Source: a virus
Taxonomy: Duplodnaviria; Caudoviricetes
Length of the DNA: 64,000 bases
Direction: 5' to 3' (one strand)
Virus record (IMG/VR): IMGVR_UViG_3300027986_000001
Span: 1-64,000 of that record
Below the pieces are notes generated by a model. That model was not told where the DNA came from. It ran no database searches and saw only the letters and a list, made by a program, of their open reading frames with translations. Positions 1 through 9,915 of this stretch are shown in pieces. The first letter of the stretch is position 1. Every line of letters starts with the position of its first letter. The position numbers and the translations under genes were made by a program.

Positions 1-157
1 AAGTCTCTAGAGTGTCGATTACTCCGCTGTCGATGTTCACTTCGCACCTCCAAACCGCATCCTGATAGTCCGAATGCGCCCATGCTGCTGTACTTCGCGG
101 CGCTCCAGCATGGCTAGGGTAGCCAGCCGGGCCTGTACAGCCGTCGAAGCGGAAAAA

Positions 158-313
158 TCAAAGTCCATACCCTAGGCGGTCGGCTAACGTTTGCGCTTTT
201 GCGCTACGGTAACCTGTAGCGCGGCATTGGCGGTTTCCGTGAGGGTTGTTAAAGTCGTACGCGGCTTGTTTGGCCGCGCGGGAATAGTTTGCAAGTCGTT
301 TCGTTTCGGACAT
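158..313 (-). CDS. small hypothetical protein
   Basis: ATG at 313 preceded by ACAGGAGAGAA RBS element; in frame with ORF 158..481. Confidence 0.5.
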   Translation of the reverse strand: MSETKRLANYSRAAKQAAYDFNNPHGNRQCRATGYRSAKAQTLADRLGYGL

Positions 314-327
314 GGTTCTCTCCTGTG

Positions 328-903
328 CTACGGCAGTAGGTACTGTTTGATAATCTTGGCTTGGGCAGCCCATGCGGCAGCCCCTGCGGCAGCCCCTGCG
401 GCATCCCGTGCGGCATCCCGTGCGGCAGCCCATGCGGCAGCCCCTGCGGCAGCCCCTGCGGCAGCCCATGCGGCAGCCCATGCGGCAGCCCCTGCGGCAG
501 CCCGTGCGGCATCCCGTATTTTCCCGAGAGCGTATTGTCTCGTGGCTCGTATTGCATCGCGTGGGCGAGAGTCTTTGGGGTAGTGTTTTTCATACAGCGG
601 CAAGACGACTTCGGCAAAATCAGCCGCCATAAGCCTAGCGACCTGATCGCAATTTTCCGCTGTAGAGCATAGCGCCCAGAGGCAGTCTTCCGTGCCGTTA
701 TGTTCTAGGATTGTGAGAAGGTTAATCGGCGCATCGTGATCGAACGAAACGCCACCTAGGCACTTGACTAGATGCGCGTAGCGGCCAGCGCAAGCGTTAG
801 CGGCCTTGAGTCGGTTGAGGGTTGTGGTTAACCGCACGGCATGCTTCGCCGGATCGATTTTGATGTCCCGCAATTTAGCGGACTTGCTCGTTTTCGTTGG
901 CAT
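328..903 (-). CDS. phage protein with Imm5-like domain and Ala-rich (AAAW/AAAG/AARD) repeat tail
   Basis: ACAGRY...LLTILEHNGTEDCLWAL...ARLMAADFAEVVLPLYE..YPKDSRPRDAI motif typical of this phage family; RBS present. Confidence 0.7.
   Translation of the reverse strand: MPTKTSKSAKLRDIKIDPAKHAVRLTTTLNRLKAANACAGRYAHLVKCLGGVSFDHDAPINLLTILEHNGTEDCLWALCSTAENCDQVARLMAADFAEVVLPLYEKHYPKDSRPRDAIRATRQYALGKIRDAARAAAGAAAWAAAWAAAGAAAGAAAWAAARDAARDAAGAAAGAAAWAAQAKIIKQYLLP
364..517. repeat. 12-bp coding tandem repeat GCGGCA(G/T)CCC(C/A/G)T, ~13 units
   Basis: Directly visible; encodes the 4-aa Ala repeats of 328..903. Confidence 0.9.
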
Positions 904-938
904 GTTTCTCTCCTGTAAAATATTGGACTACTTCGGGT

Positions 939-1172
939 TTAACCTTCGCGTTCGCCGTACTCATCGAATGTCCAGTCGTTCGCTTCGGCGTCTTCGATCA
1001 GTTGGGCGTCCGCTGTACGATACTCGTATTCCGCTTCCAGATCCTCGTAGAGCGCGCGGCAGACATCCAGCCGCCATTCCTCTACTGCCGCCTGAAAACG
1101 CTCGTGTAGTACTTCACCCACTCGCCGTTCTCCCATCGTGCGCCCATGTTGGGGCAACCGATTTCGTGACAA
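939..1172 (-). CDS. hypothetical protein (C-terminus resembles the conserved LY..LE.EYEY...I.AN.W.F.E.G family), possibly truncated
   Basis: ORF track; motif recognition. Confidence 0.45.
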   Translation of the reverse strand: MSRNRLPQHGRTMGERRVGEVLHERFQAAVEEWRLDVCRALYEDLEAEYEYRTADAQLIEDAEANDWTFDEYGEREG

Positions 1173-1226
1173 ACTACGCCGTTAATGCGGAGTAGTTCAC
1201 AGGAATCGCAGCGCTTGGGTAGAATT

Positions 1227-1622
1227 TTAACTTTGGGCATGTTTCACCTCCGGTAATAGTCCCCATTGGGACGCATGATGCTCACACATGGCATCGGTGT
1301 AGGTATTGCCCGAAAACAGCGAAGTGCGAGTCACGAAATACATCGCGTCCGCTCCGCATCGCGTTTTGTCTACGCCGCACCATCCCGGCTTTCGGATCGG
1401 AGTAACGTCAACAGCCTGACACTGGCGGAATAGCATTCGGCTTCCGTTCCATGAGATATCCGCATGTTCGATGCTGATGTTTTTCCAGTTATCCACGCCA
1501 CGGGACACCTCCAATGTGTACGGAGTGCCGTTTAGCCGCAGAGCACGGGCTATTTGGTCCGCATGGTACCAGGTGTAGTAGACATTGCGGCATCGGCCAA
1601 AGGTCACAATCCAGATAGTCAT
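1227..1622 (-). CDS. hypothetical protein
   Basis: ORF with GGAGG RBS; C-terminal Cys/His motif. Confidence 0.5.
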   Translation of the reverse strand: MTIWIVTFGRCRNVYYTWYHADQIARALRLNGTPYTLEVSRGVDNWKNISIEHADISWNGSRMLFRQCQAVDVTPIRKPGWCGVDKTRCGADAMYFVTRTSLFSGNTYTDAMCEHHASQWGLLPEVKHAQS

Positions 1623-1655
1623 GAGCGCACCTCCACACCCAAAGGTTCACCTAGT

Positions 1656-1916
1656 TCAATGTCGAGGTGCATACGGCATTCGCCGTTGATCCTTGCCGTC
1701 CATCCACTCGGCATCCTCGGGTATCGAATCCGAATCGGACGCGCACGTTTCGTTGCCGCACTTCGGGCAATGCGGATCGCCGTAATCGGCTTCGGCTTCC
1801 GCCCATGCGTCAAGGTTGACACTGTGTTGGCTGATTACGCCATAGCGTATGCCGGTTGCAGCGTCCACATTGGACGTGCCTAGACCGTAGTCTATTCCCG
1901 TGTAGGTGTTACTCAC
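1656..1916 (-). CDS. hypothetical protein with CPKC zinc knuckle
   Basis: GTG at 1916 after ACAGGAGAGAA; GIDYG..N.D..TGIRYGVISQ motif. Confidence 0.55.
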   Translation of the reverse strand: MSNTYTGIDYGLGTSNVDAATGIRYGVISQHSVNLDAWAEAEADYGDPHCPKCGNETCASDSDSIPEDAEWMDGKDQRRMPYAPRH

Positions 1917-2392
1917 GTTATTCTCTCCTGTATGTGATTGGATTCGCTGGCATTTGTGTGCCGAATCAATTGTCAGGGCGATTCGGAATCTTGTCAATAG
2001 AAACGTTAACTCGTTTCGTTTCAACTATCGGCATGCATTTTGCGAACCTAGTCCGATGCCCGTATCGTGATGGCTGACGGGGTATCGCGCTAGTGCCTTG
2101 CGCCTAGTTCTAGTAGACAAGTGTTTTTTTTGGTGATAGCCTATCGGCTATCAATCCAGCCAGCGAAACCCGGTATCTCTAAGATCCAAGTGATTGACGT
2201 TACAGGCTAGCGCGTGCTGTATTGCGTGCGATCTCAGCGCGTAGCGTCAGATGTCCGGCAGCAGTCTAATCTTAGACTGTTTTTGGCCGATGGCCGAATA
2301 ACCGGGCCAGAATCGTTTCAGGGTAATCAGACACAGCAGACTGGCAGGGCATCGCAGCAAGGGCAGGATGCGCGCAAATGGCAGGGCAATGA

Positions 2393-2429
2393 AAAGCCCC
2401 TGCCAGTTTGGACGGCTGGCAGGGGCTTT
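2393..2429. terminator. intrinsic terminator hairpin for the leftward early genes (possibly bidirectional)
   Basis: 14-bp perfect stem AAAGCCCCTGCCAG / CTGGCAGGGGCTTT just past the stop of 2457..2864. Confidence 0.8.
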
Positions 2430-2456
2430 GGTGAAACGCGGGAGTGTCCGCAGAGT

Positions 2457-2864
2457 CTACAGCTTGGTAAACCGCGAAAAGGTCAGCTTGGAGCCATCCG
2501 ACAGAACTACCGCGCCACTCTGATGCACGGTAGACTTACCGGACGCCGAAACGCTACCGTCAGCTGGCAGGGAGAGCGTAAGTACCAGTTTCCCCGCTAG
2601 GATGCGTGCCTCAGCGATAGAATCGCCCCAATGGTTCATGACGCTGACTTCTTTGGCCGATGGCGTTACGTGCGTGGTCTTGCCATTCTTGCGCGATTCG
2701 ACCGTGGGTTTAGGTGCTAGCGCGGGAGGGGTGACCGATGCCGGTTTTTCCGCTGGAGTGCCAGTTTTCAGTGCCTGCATAGCTGCGAGCATTTCGGCCA
2801 TTTGTGCCTGCATTTCGATCAAGCTAACTCCAGCCGTCTTCGGTGCTACCTGTGTGGTTGCCAT
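2457..2864 (-). CDS. hypothetical protein (C-terminal S.SGKS motif)
   Basis: ATG at 2864 after ACAGGAGAGAA. Confidence 0.6.
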   Translation of the reverse strand: MATTQVAPKTAGVSLIEMQAQMAEMLAAMQALKTGTPAEKPASVTPPALAPKPTVESRKNGKTTHVTPSAKEVSVMNHWGDSIAEARILAGKLVLTLSLPADGSVSASGKSTVHQSGAVVLSDGSKLTFSRFTKL

Positions 2865-3088
2865 GTGTTTTCTCTCCTGTGGCTTGCATGGTTGTTTCCA
2901 GCCGAATGCAAGCTGTGATGGTTTGAGCCATCTGGTTACGGTCCTCAGAGCGAAGACCGTAGGCCGCATGGTTCAATCCTGCCCTAGAATCCGCGCCACA
3001 ATGCGACGTTTGCGACTTGCCGCGCGAATCCGTTCCACTACAGCGTAAGCCGTGATGAGCAAGCCTAGGCCGATGAGTACCAGCATGG

Positions 3089-3349
3089 CTAGCTCCTCCC
3101 GTCCCGCATGGCGGAGCGCGTTTCATGGGCTAAGAGCCAAAGGTCTGCCAGCGTGCCGAGGTAGGAGCTCTCAGACTCCGCTAGATCCGGTATCCAGCCG
3201 TCTGTGTCGTTAAGCTCCTGCAAGCTGGCTGGATTGCGGCGCTTCTGGTAACCGTGGCCACGGTCTAAGGCCGCAACCGTCAAGGTCTGCCGTGATGCGT
3301 CAGTAGCGTAGTAGCGTTCTGGGTTGATGCGGCGGATTCGGCCAGTCAT
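3089..3349 (-). CDS. hypothetical protein
   Basis: ORF, ATGA overlap with upstream gene. Confidence 0.5.
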   Translation of the reverse strand: MTGRIRRINPERYYATDASRQTLTVAALDRGHGYQKRRNPASLQELNDTDGWIPDLAESESSYLGTLADLWLLAHETRSAMRDGRS

Positions 3350-3741
3350 CGGGATACCTCCAGTGATCTGGCGAGTCCGCGCTTAATAGTGTGTTCTTTG
3401 AACTCTGAAATGGCCGCATCAGGTAGGTGTACGGTGTATGCCCATTCGGAGAGCCATTTCGTGGGAACGACTAGCGTATCCCACATTGGGACTCCGCTAC
3501 ATTTCCCGCAATCGCATCCGCCGTCAATTGGCCGCTGTAGTTTAGCACTTAGCCTCAAGTACACCGCTTCATGTGTCTGACAGATAACTCGCAAATGCAC
3601 GTCTGAAGGTTCTAGGGTAGCAGGCATACCCTCATGCCGGTTTATCTCATCCGCCAGCCTACTAGCTTTATTGAGCAGTTCTTCTAGCCTGTCCGCCTTT
3701 TGCTTCCAGGTCAGACTAGCGTGGTCGGTAGCTGTAAACAT
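3346..3741 (-). CDS. hypothetical protein with GGCDCGKC motif
   Basis: ORF track, translational coupling. Confidence 0.55.
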   Translation of the reverse strand: MFTATDHASLTWKQKADRLEELLNKASRLADEINRHEGMPATLEPSDVHLRVICQTHEAVYLRLSAKLQRPIDGGCDCGKCSGVPMWDTLVVPTKWLSEWAYTVHLPDAAISEFKEHTIKRGLARSLEVSR

Positions 3742-3743
3742 AG

Positions 3744-4022
3744 CTAGCAACCCCCTTTGTCCGCTGTCGGGATAGTCTCTAGCCAATACCCATACTCCGA
3801 CACGTTGAATAGTACGTCATCCAATGCCGCAGTGCTGATTCCGTCCATCCCGAACGTGACTCCCATCTCCCGCAGTCTGTCAGAGTCCGTCCCACATGAC
3901 GGTTGCCAGTTACCTTCCATGTCTTGCACTAGCGTCACACGGCTGGTCGTCATTCTGTCCAGTGCCGCGAATACTGTGGTTTGTGCTGTGGTTTGTGCTG
4001 TGGTTTGTGCTGTGGTGTTCAT
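3744..4022 (-). CDS. hypothetical protein with N-terminal TTAQ x3 repeat
   Basis: GAGGAG RBS; 12-bp tandem repeat at ~3975-4017. Confidence 0.55.
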   Translation of the reverse strand: MNTTAQTTAQTTAQTTVFAALDRMTTSRVTLVQDMEGNWQPSCGTDSDRLREMGVTFGMDGISTAALDDVLFNVSEYGYWLETIPTADKGGC

Positions 4023-4287
4023 CTCTCCTCTGCCTCTCTTTCCTGTGCCTTGTTGGCACGTCTCATACTACTATGCGAGTCAAGAGTTACCTCACGCATG
4101 TTGCTCATTCCATGGGAGATATAATTCCTCACCCATCTGAACCCATGCGCCATGGCGCTAGGGTTTTGGGGCTTGCTCTACCTACCCCAAGGGGGGAGGG
4201 GCAGGGGAGTGAGGGACTGCACAGGGGCTACCAGGGACCGGCGGCGAGGCGGCGAGAACGGGGTTGATCCCCTCTCCGGCCCGCCTC

Positions 4288-4379
4288 AAATAAATACGGT
4301 TCCCGTATTGACAAGACAAAAATAAATACGGTTCCCGTATTGACAACAAAACGGGTCCCGTATAATATGGGTCCCGTAT
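4288..4379 (+). promoter_or_regulatory. divergent control region: sigma70-like promoter with four GG(T/G)TCCCGTA direct repeats
   Basis: AAATAAATACGGTTCCCGTATTGACAA duplicated; TTGACA 4340-4345, TATAAT 4361-4366; lies between leftward and rightward gene blocks. Confidence 0.7.
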
Positions 4380-4619
4380 GGACTGCAAATGCGCCAGATG
4401 CAAGCACAAATGGGAAAGCCGAGTGGGGTTCCCAAAAACTGTCCGGACTGCAAACAAGCGCGGTGGTGGAGAAAAGCTGGGCCGGTAGGAAGACCGAAAC
4501 GTGTGGCGGACCGGGGTATAGAGAAGCGGGAATGGGAAATCAATCTGGAGAGGGCGGAGGACATGGCGGCGCAGTTAGCCAGTCTGCTTCAGGTACTGAG
4601 GAGGCTGGCACATGGGTAG
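4378..4619 (+). pseudogene. zinc-ribbon protein (C.RC.H.W..R..VPKNCP.C...WW, GRPK) with a 1-nt frameshift in a G-run
   Basis: MDCKCARCKHKWESRVG in one frame continues as VPKNCPDCKQARWW in another; one extra G at 4425-4428 restores it (possible sequencing error). Confidence 0.6.
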
Positions 4620-5162
4620 GAAGCGTACGGTTCCACATGTGCCTGGGTGGGCTGGGTGCCGGTGCCAGGAATGCCGATTGGGTCGCGGGGAGCCGGGGAG
4701 AAGGAAGGTTCTAGCGGACCGGGGAGGCGGGAGTGGAAATAAGGATGACGCGGCGGGAGGTTCGGACGGTGGTCGAGGCGCTACAGCGGGCGTCAGGGTG
4801 GAGCGACCTGGGGGACAACGGAAAGTTCTACGGAAAAAGGTGGATGGCGGCGGAGCGGCGGTATCTAGTGCGGTGCCTAGAACTGGAGAAACGGCTGACG
4901 CAGGCGCTGGTAAAGCGGGTCCGTTCGACCTGAGCCGGGCAAAAGGAGGGACGGATGGGCGAGTTGGCGATAGTACTAGCGTTAGCGGGAGTCAGTGTAG
5001 GTTTGATGACAATCAAGGCCGAGTTGAGCCGCATACAGGATCGGCTGTCGGAAATTCGCGATCTGCTAAAAAATGAAGCCCCCACCGATCGGGCACAACA
5101 ACGAGCGGACAGACCTTATTAAAGAGGTGCCGTTCGAGCCGGGGGAAACGGGAGGAGCGTGA

Positions 5163-5732
5163 ATGGAAAATAAAGCGGATGTGAAACAGAGCAGGGCGCT
5201 GCGGCCTGACACGCAAGCATTTGACGAGATCAGGATCGTGACGGTGCCGAGGTACAAGATGTCGGGGTTGAGCGGAGACGAGTGGCGGATCTCGGCAAGG
5301 ACGGAGTTCTGGCGTAAGGGTAAACTGATCTGCTCTACGGGTTGCCGGAACATCGAGACGGCGTGCGGGTTGCTTATGGCGAAGTACTATGAGGCTTGCG
5401 ACGACGGCAAGGCGTACTACGCGGGAGTTGACGATATCTGCGATCAGGAGGGTTGCGCGGAGAAGGCTACAGTCACGTATCGAGTAAAGAAAGAATTCTC
5501 GCGCGATAACCCGCATGTTTGGAATCGGCCTGCGACGGGTCATTCTCTGGGCGGTGAAAGTATTTTAGTGCGGCGGTTCTGCGCGGCACATGGTCGGCGA
5601 GGAGATTGCGGATTTGATGACTCGGACAGTAACTACGAACTTATCGAGGGAAGCGTTGCCGAACCCCCGCCTTCCTCGGTCAACCCTTCGCGGTTGGGTG
5701 GCGTAATTATTGTAGATCCCGAGGATGCGTGA
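5163..5732 (+). CDS. hypothetical phage protein (CDQEGC...FC..H..RGDC zinc motif)
   Basis: GGAGG RBS; 189 aa ORF. Confidence 0.7.
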   Translation: MENKADVKQSRALRPDTQAFDEIRIVTVPRYKMSGLSGDEWRISARTEFWRKGKLICSTGCRNIETACGLLMAKYYEACDDGKAYYAGVDDICDQEGCAEKATVTYRVKKEFSRDNPHVWNRPATGHSLGGESILVRRFCAAHGRRGDCGFDDSDSNYELIEGSVAEPPPSSVNPSRLGGVIIVDPEDA

Positions 5733-5959
5733 TGGTCACTAAACCAACCCAGCCGCATACTCGGGCGCGCGTCGTCAGTGTTACCCGCGAGGTCTTCGCG
5801 GATCTGAACGAAAAAATCGGCCCCGAGGCTCGTTTCACCAACGTGCAGGAGTGGCCCCTTCCGCACTTCTGGCTCTATTCACCGGACGGATCAGTGGTGA
5901 TTTTCACCTGCGCCAAGATTGCGCGGTTGGAGTCGGTTCAGTTGGCAGGGGAGTTTTGA
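5729..5959 (+). CDS. hypothetical protein
   Basis: Overlaps upstream stop. Confidence 0.5.
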   Translation: MMVTKPTQPHTRARVVSVTREVFADLNEKIGPEARFTNVQEWPLPHFWLYSPDGSVVIFTCAKIARLESVQLAGEF

Positions 5960-6018
5960 TGGCGTCGGAAAAACGTTGCCCTGTCTGCGGGTGCAGTTAA
6001 AGAAAGCAGGTTTTTAAA

Positions 6019-6276
6019 ATGGCGGAACACGAAGACACCCCCGCTGGTTGGGCAAAGCGCTGGCTGGAATTGGATGGGCAGATATCGCTGGCGGAGACAT
6101 CCCTGTTAAACGCTCAGGCGACGGTCAATAATCTGCGAATGACGCGAATTGCGTTGGAGTCGAAACTGATGGAACGAGTCGGCCCCAATATCGGCGTCCG
6201 CACGTTCGTGGTCGGCGACAAGGTAGTGCTTGTGCGTATCGGCGGGGGCGTCAGCGCGCACCTCAAGGAGGAATAG
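6019..6276 (+). CDS. hypothetical protein (coiled coil)
   Basis: ORF in operon. Confidence 0.55.
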   Translation: MAEHEDTPAGWAKRWLELDGQISLAETSLLNAQATVNNLRMTRIALESKLMERVGPNIGVRTFVVGDKVVLVRIGGGVSAHLKEE

Positions 6277-6807
6277 ATGCCAGTCGAGAAATTCGATGTC
6301 AAACAGGGTAGGGGCGGAACTGAGCACACCAAAGACGCGCGATATTTAGCCTGGATAGCGGCTTTCGAATGTCGCGTGCTCAATGATATTAACTACCTCG
6401 GCGACTGGACGGACTCGGCAAAATTCAAGGGGAAATGTCTATCGGCCTGCCGCGAGATGAGGAGCGTTTTCCCTGAGTTGATACTGGTGCGAGGCGGCGT
6501 AGTTAATGTGGGTTGGATGGTGGAGAACAATGAGGGTCAACCGGCGCTCGATCTTATCAACCCCGGAGACGGGCACTTCTGGCTGGAAACGAAAGACGGT
6601 CTAATCGTTGACCCCACGCGCAAACAGTTCACGTCTGGCGATCTGCATTATATAGCCTTCGATGAGTCGCAGGCCCATACTCTGCCTACTGGAAAGTGCA
6701 TGAACTGCGGTTTTTACTGCTATGGCGGTCGGACAATGCTGTGCTCGGATGAATGTGAGGCTGACTACGCGCGATACGTAGACTTGGAATCGCGGAGGTC
6801 GGCCTAA
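6277..6807 (+). CDS. hypothetical protein with transglutaminase-like Cys-His-Asp pattern
   Basis: GKC...GHFWLE...IVDPT..QF motif; AAGGAGG RBS. Confidence 0.55.
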   Translation: MPVEKFDVKQGRGGTEHTKDARYLAWIAAFECRVLNDINYLGDWTDSAKFKGKCLSACREMRSVFPELILVRGGVVNVGWMVENNEGQPALDLINPGDGHFWLETKDGLIVDPTRKQFTSGDLHYIAFDESQAHTLPTGKCMNCGFYCYGGRTMLCSDECEADYARYVDLESRRSA

Positions 6808-7040
6808 TGCTTGACGACCCCGAAGACCTCGACAGCCGCACCCCAACGCAGACCCTCATGGATTGCCTGGAGGACTTCGGAAAATCGGAGCCGACCCGCG
6901 TTCTGGTGATCTACACTAACGAAGATCACGAGATCGCTTGGCCCACCAACGGAACGTACAGCTATACGCACTTGGTCGGCATGATTGAATGCGTCAAGGC
7001 TCGGCTGCTGGCGGGCTTCTTGAAGGGGTTTGACGATTAA
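6807..7040 (+). CDS. hypothetical protein
   Basis: TAATG coupling. Confidence 0.55.
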   Translation: MLDDPEDLDSRTPTQTLMDCLEDFGKSEPTRVLVIYTNEDHEIAWPTNGTYSYTHLVGMIECVKARLLAGFLKGFDD

Positions 7041-7051
7041 AGGAGTAACTC

Positions 7052-7303
7052 ATGGACGAAAAAACGGCAGTAACAGAACAGCAGCGGCCCGAGGCGGAAG
7101 CAGCACAAGATTTGACTGCGCCGGACCTCACAGACACGGCGATTCAGGATCTGGCCTTCGGGCAGGCAGTGATTCGCATTGAGCGGCTGGAGGCGATTGT
7201 AAAGCTCTTGGCTCGCCGGGCGGTCAGCAGCTTCCCTACGGCGGTGGAGGACTCTTGTAGCCGCGCTCAGATCGAAAAACTGGCGGAGGAGATCGGGAAG
7301 TGA
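7052..7303 (+). CDS. hypothetical protein
   Basis: AAGGAG RBS. Confidence 0.6.
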   Translation: MDEKTAVTEQQRPEAEAAQDLTAPDLTDTAIQDLAFGQAVIRIERLEAIVKLLARRAVSSFPTAVEDSCSRAQIEKLAEEIGK

Positions 7304-7468
7304 GGAAGCAGATCGAGTTCGTCTTGCTCGTAGCGCGAATGAGAACGTCCGAAGAACGTAATAGGGATCGCTGGCCAGTTACTGCCGAGAAGACTTTGGA
7401 TGACCTAATCAGGCAGGCGCGGAACCTGCGCCCCAATGCCGAGGCAATGCAAAAGGCGGAGGGGTGAA

Positions 7469-7858
7469 ATGAGCGGCATGGCCCAAAACTTTTACGTCCA
7501 CGCAGTCGAGACAGAGCAGGCGGGCGGGAGATCTCATTTTTGCGGCGCATTTACGAGAGAAGTCGCAGAGCAGACAGCCCAAAGCCTAAAGGCTACCGGG
7601 GTCTGTCTTCATATCCGCGTGCTGGAAGAGATAGGAGTAACCGAAAAGATGACCGAAAAGATGATGAAGGCCGGTTTTCTTATAAAGGCGGTGCGAAATG
7701 ACGGCACAAAGTGTCAGGTCGGACCGTTTCAGAATCGGGCAATGGCGGATAACGTAATGGCCGACATGGCGCGTGGCGACAAATACACAACGATCTGGGT
7801 CGAGATGAATTCGTACGACCAGCCCACGGAGAGCAACGAGCCCACGGAGAACCAGTAA
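7469..7858 (+). CDS. hypothetical protein with internal duplicated beta-alpha unit (G.F.R..A)
   Basis: GGAGG RBS before ATG 7469. Confidence 0.55.
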   Translation: MSGMAQNFYVHAVETEQAGGRSHFCGAFTREVAEQTAQSLKATGVCLHIRVLEEIGVTEKMTEKMMKAGFLIKAVRNDGTKCQVGPFQNRAMADNVMADMARGDKYTTIWVEMNSYDQPTESNEPTENQ

Positions 7859-8302
7859 GTGAAGGCAATCTCCCTTACCCAGCCGTGGGCCTCGCTGGTG
7901 ACGATAGGCGCGAAGCGCATCGAAACCCGTAGTTGGTGGACCTCCTATCGCGGTCCGCTAGCGATTCATGCAGCCATGAGGTATCCGGCGGATGCGCAGG
8001 ACTTTACATACTCGGAGATCGCGCGAAAATGCCTGTCGCCGCACTTTCTGATGCACTCGGATATTCCCCTGCACAAGAAGTTGCCGCGCGGATTTGTCAT
8101 CGCGACCTGCCAGTTAAAAGCCTGCGTCAGGACGGAGGAGTTAATCCTGAATGCTGTCTACGGAGCGGACATGACGGAACAGGAGAAGGCATTCGGCGAT
8201 TACTCTCCAGGCCGCTGGGGATGGCTGCTGGCCGATGTCGTTCGCCTCCCCGAGCCGGTTCGGGCCAAAGGAGCCCTGAGTCTCTGGGAGTGGAACCCAT
8301 GA
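7859..8302 (+). CDS. ASCH domain protein
   Basis: KAISLTQPWASLVTIGAKRIETRSW...YRGPLAIHA...KGALSLW signature. Confidence 0.92.
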   Translation: MKAISLTQPWASLVTIGAKRIETRSWWTSYRGPLAIHAAMRYPADAQDFTYSEIARKCLSPHFLMHSDIPLHKKLPRGFVIATCQLKACVRTEELILNAVYGADMTEQEKAFGDYSPGRWGWLLADVVRLPEPVRAKGALSLWEWNP

Positions 8303-8487
8303 CCGACACAGAGCAGCGGTTGATCGAGGCCGCGCTGGATTACGCCGCGCGGATTCAGGCCGGGATAGAAGAGGAGGAGGATTTAACTCCCGCCGAAGAC
8401 GAGATGCGGCTGGTACGCCTAGCGTCGGATTACGAGAATGAGCAGATCACGCTGGCGGCGCATCGGATAAACGGGAGGAGGGCGTGA
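8299..8487 (+). CDS. small acidic hypothetical protein
   Basis: ATGA overlap; C-terminal part of ORF 7933..8487. Confidence 0.5.
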   Translation: MTDTEQRLIEAALDYAARIQAGIEEEEDLTPAEDEMRLVRLASDYENEQITLAAHRINGRRA

Positions 8488-9215
8488 CCGAGTTTGAACT
8501 CTTCCAGGCCCTGCGCAAGCATTTCCCGGCGCAGCAGTACGCGCTACTTCCGCAGGTCGCCAACGGAACCGGGTCAAATGCCAATCGCCACGCCGACGCA
8601 GTAGCCCTCGGGCTTTGGCCGTCTCGCGGAATTCATCTGCACGGCTTTGAAATCAAGTCATACCGGGGAGATTGGCTGCGAGAGTTGAAGCGGCCCGACA
8701 AGGCCGAGGCAATTGCGCAGTACTGTAACTTCTGGTGGATTGTTACCGATGCCGGAGTGGTGTTGGAAAAGGCTGAAATACCGGAGTTGTGGGGCTGGAT
8801 GCAGTACAACTGCAAACTACGTTCGCTGTCCCAGGAAAAGAAGGCTAGGTATCGAGGGGCCATATCCCCCAATATCGATATGATTGCCGGAATACTCCGT
8901 AAAGCCCAGGAGACGGCCACCCCAGACGCGGCAATCAATGAGGCATACAACTCCGGGTTTGAGGCCGGAAAGAAGGAAGGCGGCAGCCTGAAAAAGTACG
9001 ATCAGGAGAAGTTGGACAGGCTGCGGGCGGAGTTGGCGCACTTCAAAAAAGTCAGCGGCATTGACCTGGAAAATGGATGGCACAAAGGAGAAGAAGTCGG
9101 TAGGGCGGTTAAGGCCGTGCTTGACGGTCAGGTTGCTTACTATCACCAGCAGCTTTTGAACACGGCCAAGAAAATCATCACCGAGTTGGGCGGTAGCGTT
9201 CCCGTGGAGCAGTAA
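8484..9215 (+). CDS. PD-(D/E)XK nuclease-like (MmcB-like) protein
   Basis: R.ADA.A..LWPSRG..LHGFEIK..R.DWLREL..P.KAE. Confidence 0.75.
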   Translation: MTEFELFQALRKHFPAQQYALLPQVANGTGSNANRHADAVALGLWPSRGIHLHGFEIKSYRGDWLRELKRPDKAEAIAQYCNFWWIVTDAGVVLEKAEIPELWGWMQYNCKLRSLSQEKKARYRGAISPNIDMIAGILRKAQETATPDAAINEAYNSGFEAGKKEGGSLKKYDQEKLDRLRAELAHFKKVSGIDLENGWHKGEEVGRAVKAVLDGQVAYYHQQLLNTAKKIITELGGSVPVEQ

Positions 9216-9227
9216 AATATTAGACCG

Positions 9228-9611
9228 ATGGTCGATCTGCTTCACGAAGGCTTCGAGAATATGACCAAAGCCGAATACGTCCGCATGTATCCTCGCAGCG
9301 CTCAATTCTGCTGGTGCTGCGGAAAAAACTGGGACGAATGTAACTGTGGGTTCTACGAATCTACCCATCGCTGCCCCAAGTGCGGCCATGGCGTGGAATG
9401 CTGCTGCGTCTGTCTGACCGCAGGAGGTCCACTGAGCGAGTTGTTCGATGATGTGACCGAAGGCCGCATAACGCAAGAGCAGGCTCTGGAGCGTCTGGAT
9501 CGAGGTGCGGAACCAGCGGCATACAAGCAAAAGCGTCAGACCGAATGCGCCACAACCAAGGACACCAAAGGCCACGTGATATACGTGATGGGCCACGGGA
9601 ATCCAGAGTAA
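9228..9611 (+). CDS. Cys-rich hypothetical protein
   Basis: ORF track. Confidence 0.5.
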   Translation: MVDLLHEGFENMTKAEYVRMYPRSAQFCWCCGKNWDECNCGFYESTHRCPKCGHGVECCCVCLTAGGPLSELFDDVTEGRITQEQALERLDRGAEPAAYKQKRQTECATTKDTKGHVIYVMGHGNPE

Positions 9612-9615
9612 ATCC

Positions 9616-9915
9616 ATGAGTCGCCACCGGCGGAAGATCAGAAAGCACGGCGGCAGTCAGCTTAAGACCACACCAGAAGTCGAGCGCTGGGCAAAAGCAA
9701 AAGTCGATATCGAGGATATCCTCATGGAGTACGAGAATTGCGAGCAGATGGAGGCGCTACTCGGCGTGGTGGAGACGTTCCGGGCGCTGCATCCTCCGAA
9801 GGCGGCGGTCAAGCTATCTATCGAGGAAATTCTCGATCACGAGATATTCTCAGCCGGGCATTTGGCTGATGGGATATTTTACAGCAGTGGAATATTTAAC
9901 AAATTGAAATCATGA
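9616..9915 (+). CDS. hypothetical protein, LHP-motif paralog
   Basis: LLGVVETFRALHP. Confidence 0.55.
   Translation: MSRHRRKIRKHGGSQLKTTPEVERWAKAKVDIEDILMEYENCEQMEALLGVVETFRALHPPKAAVKLSIEEILDHEIFSAGHLADGIFYSSGIFNKLKS

Noticed and set aside
158-672. Multiple overlapping Cys/Gly/Pro-repeat ORFs
   Set aside because: Alternative frames of the 12-bp Ala repeat in 328..903
4190-4262. G-rich tract as another pentamer guide
   Set aside because: No sustained 5-nt GG phase
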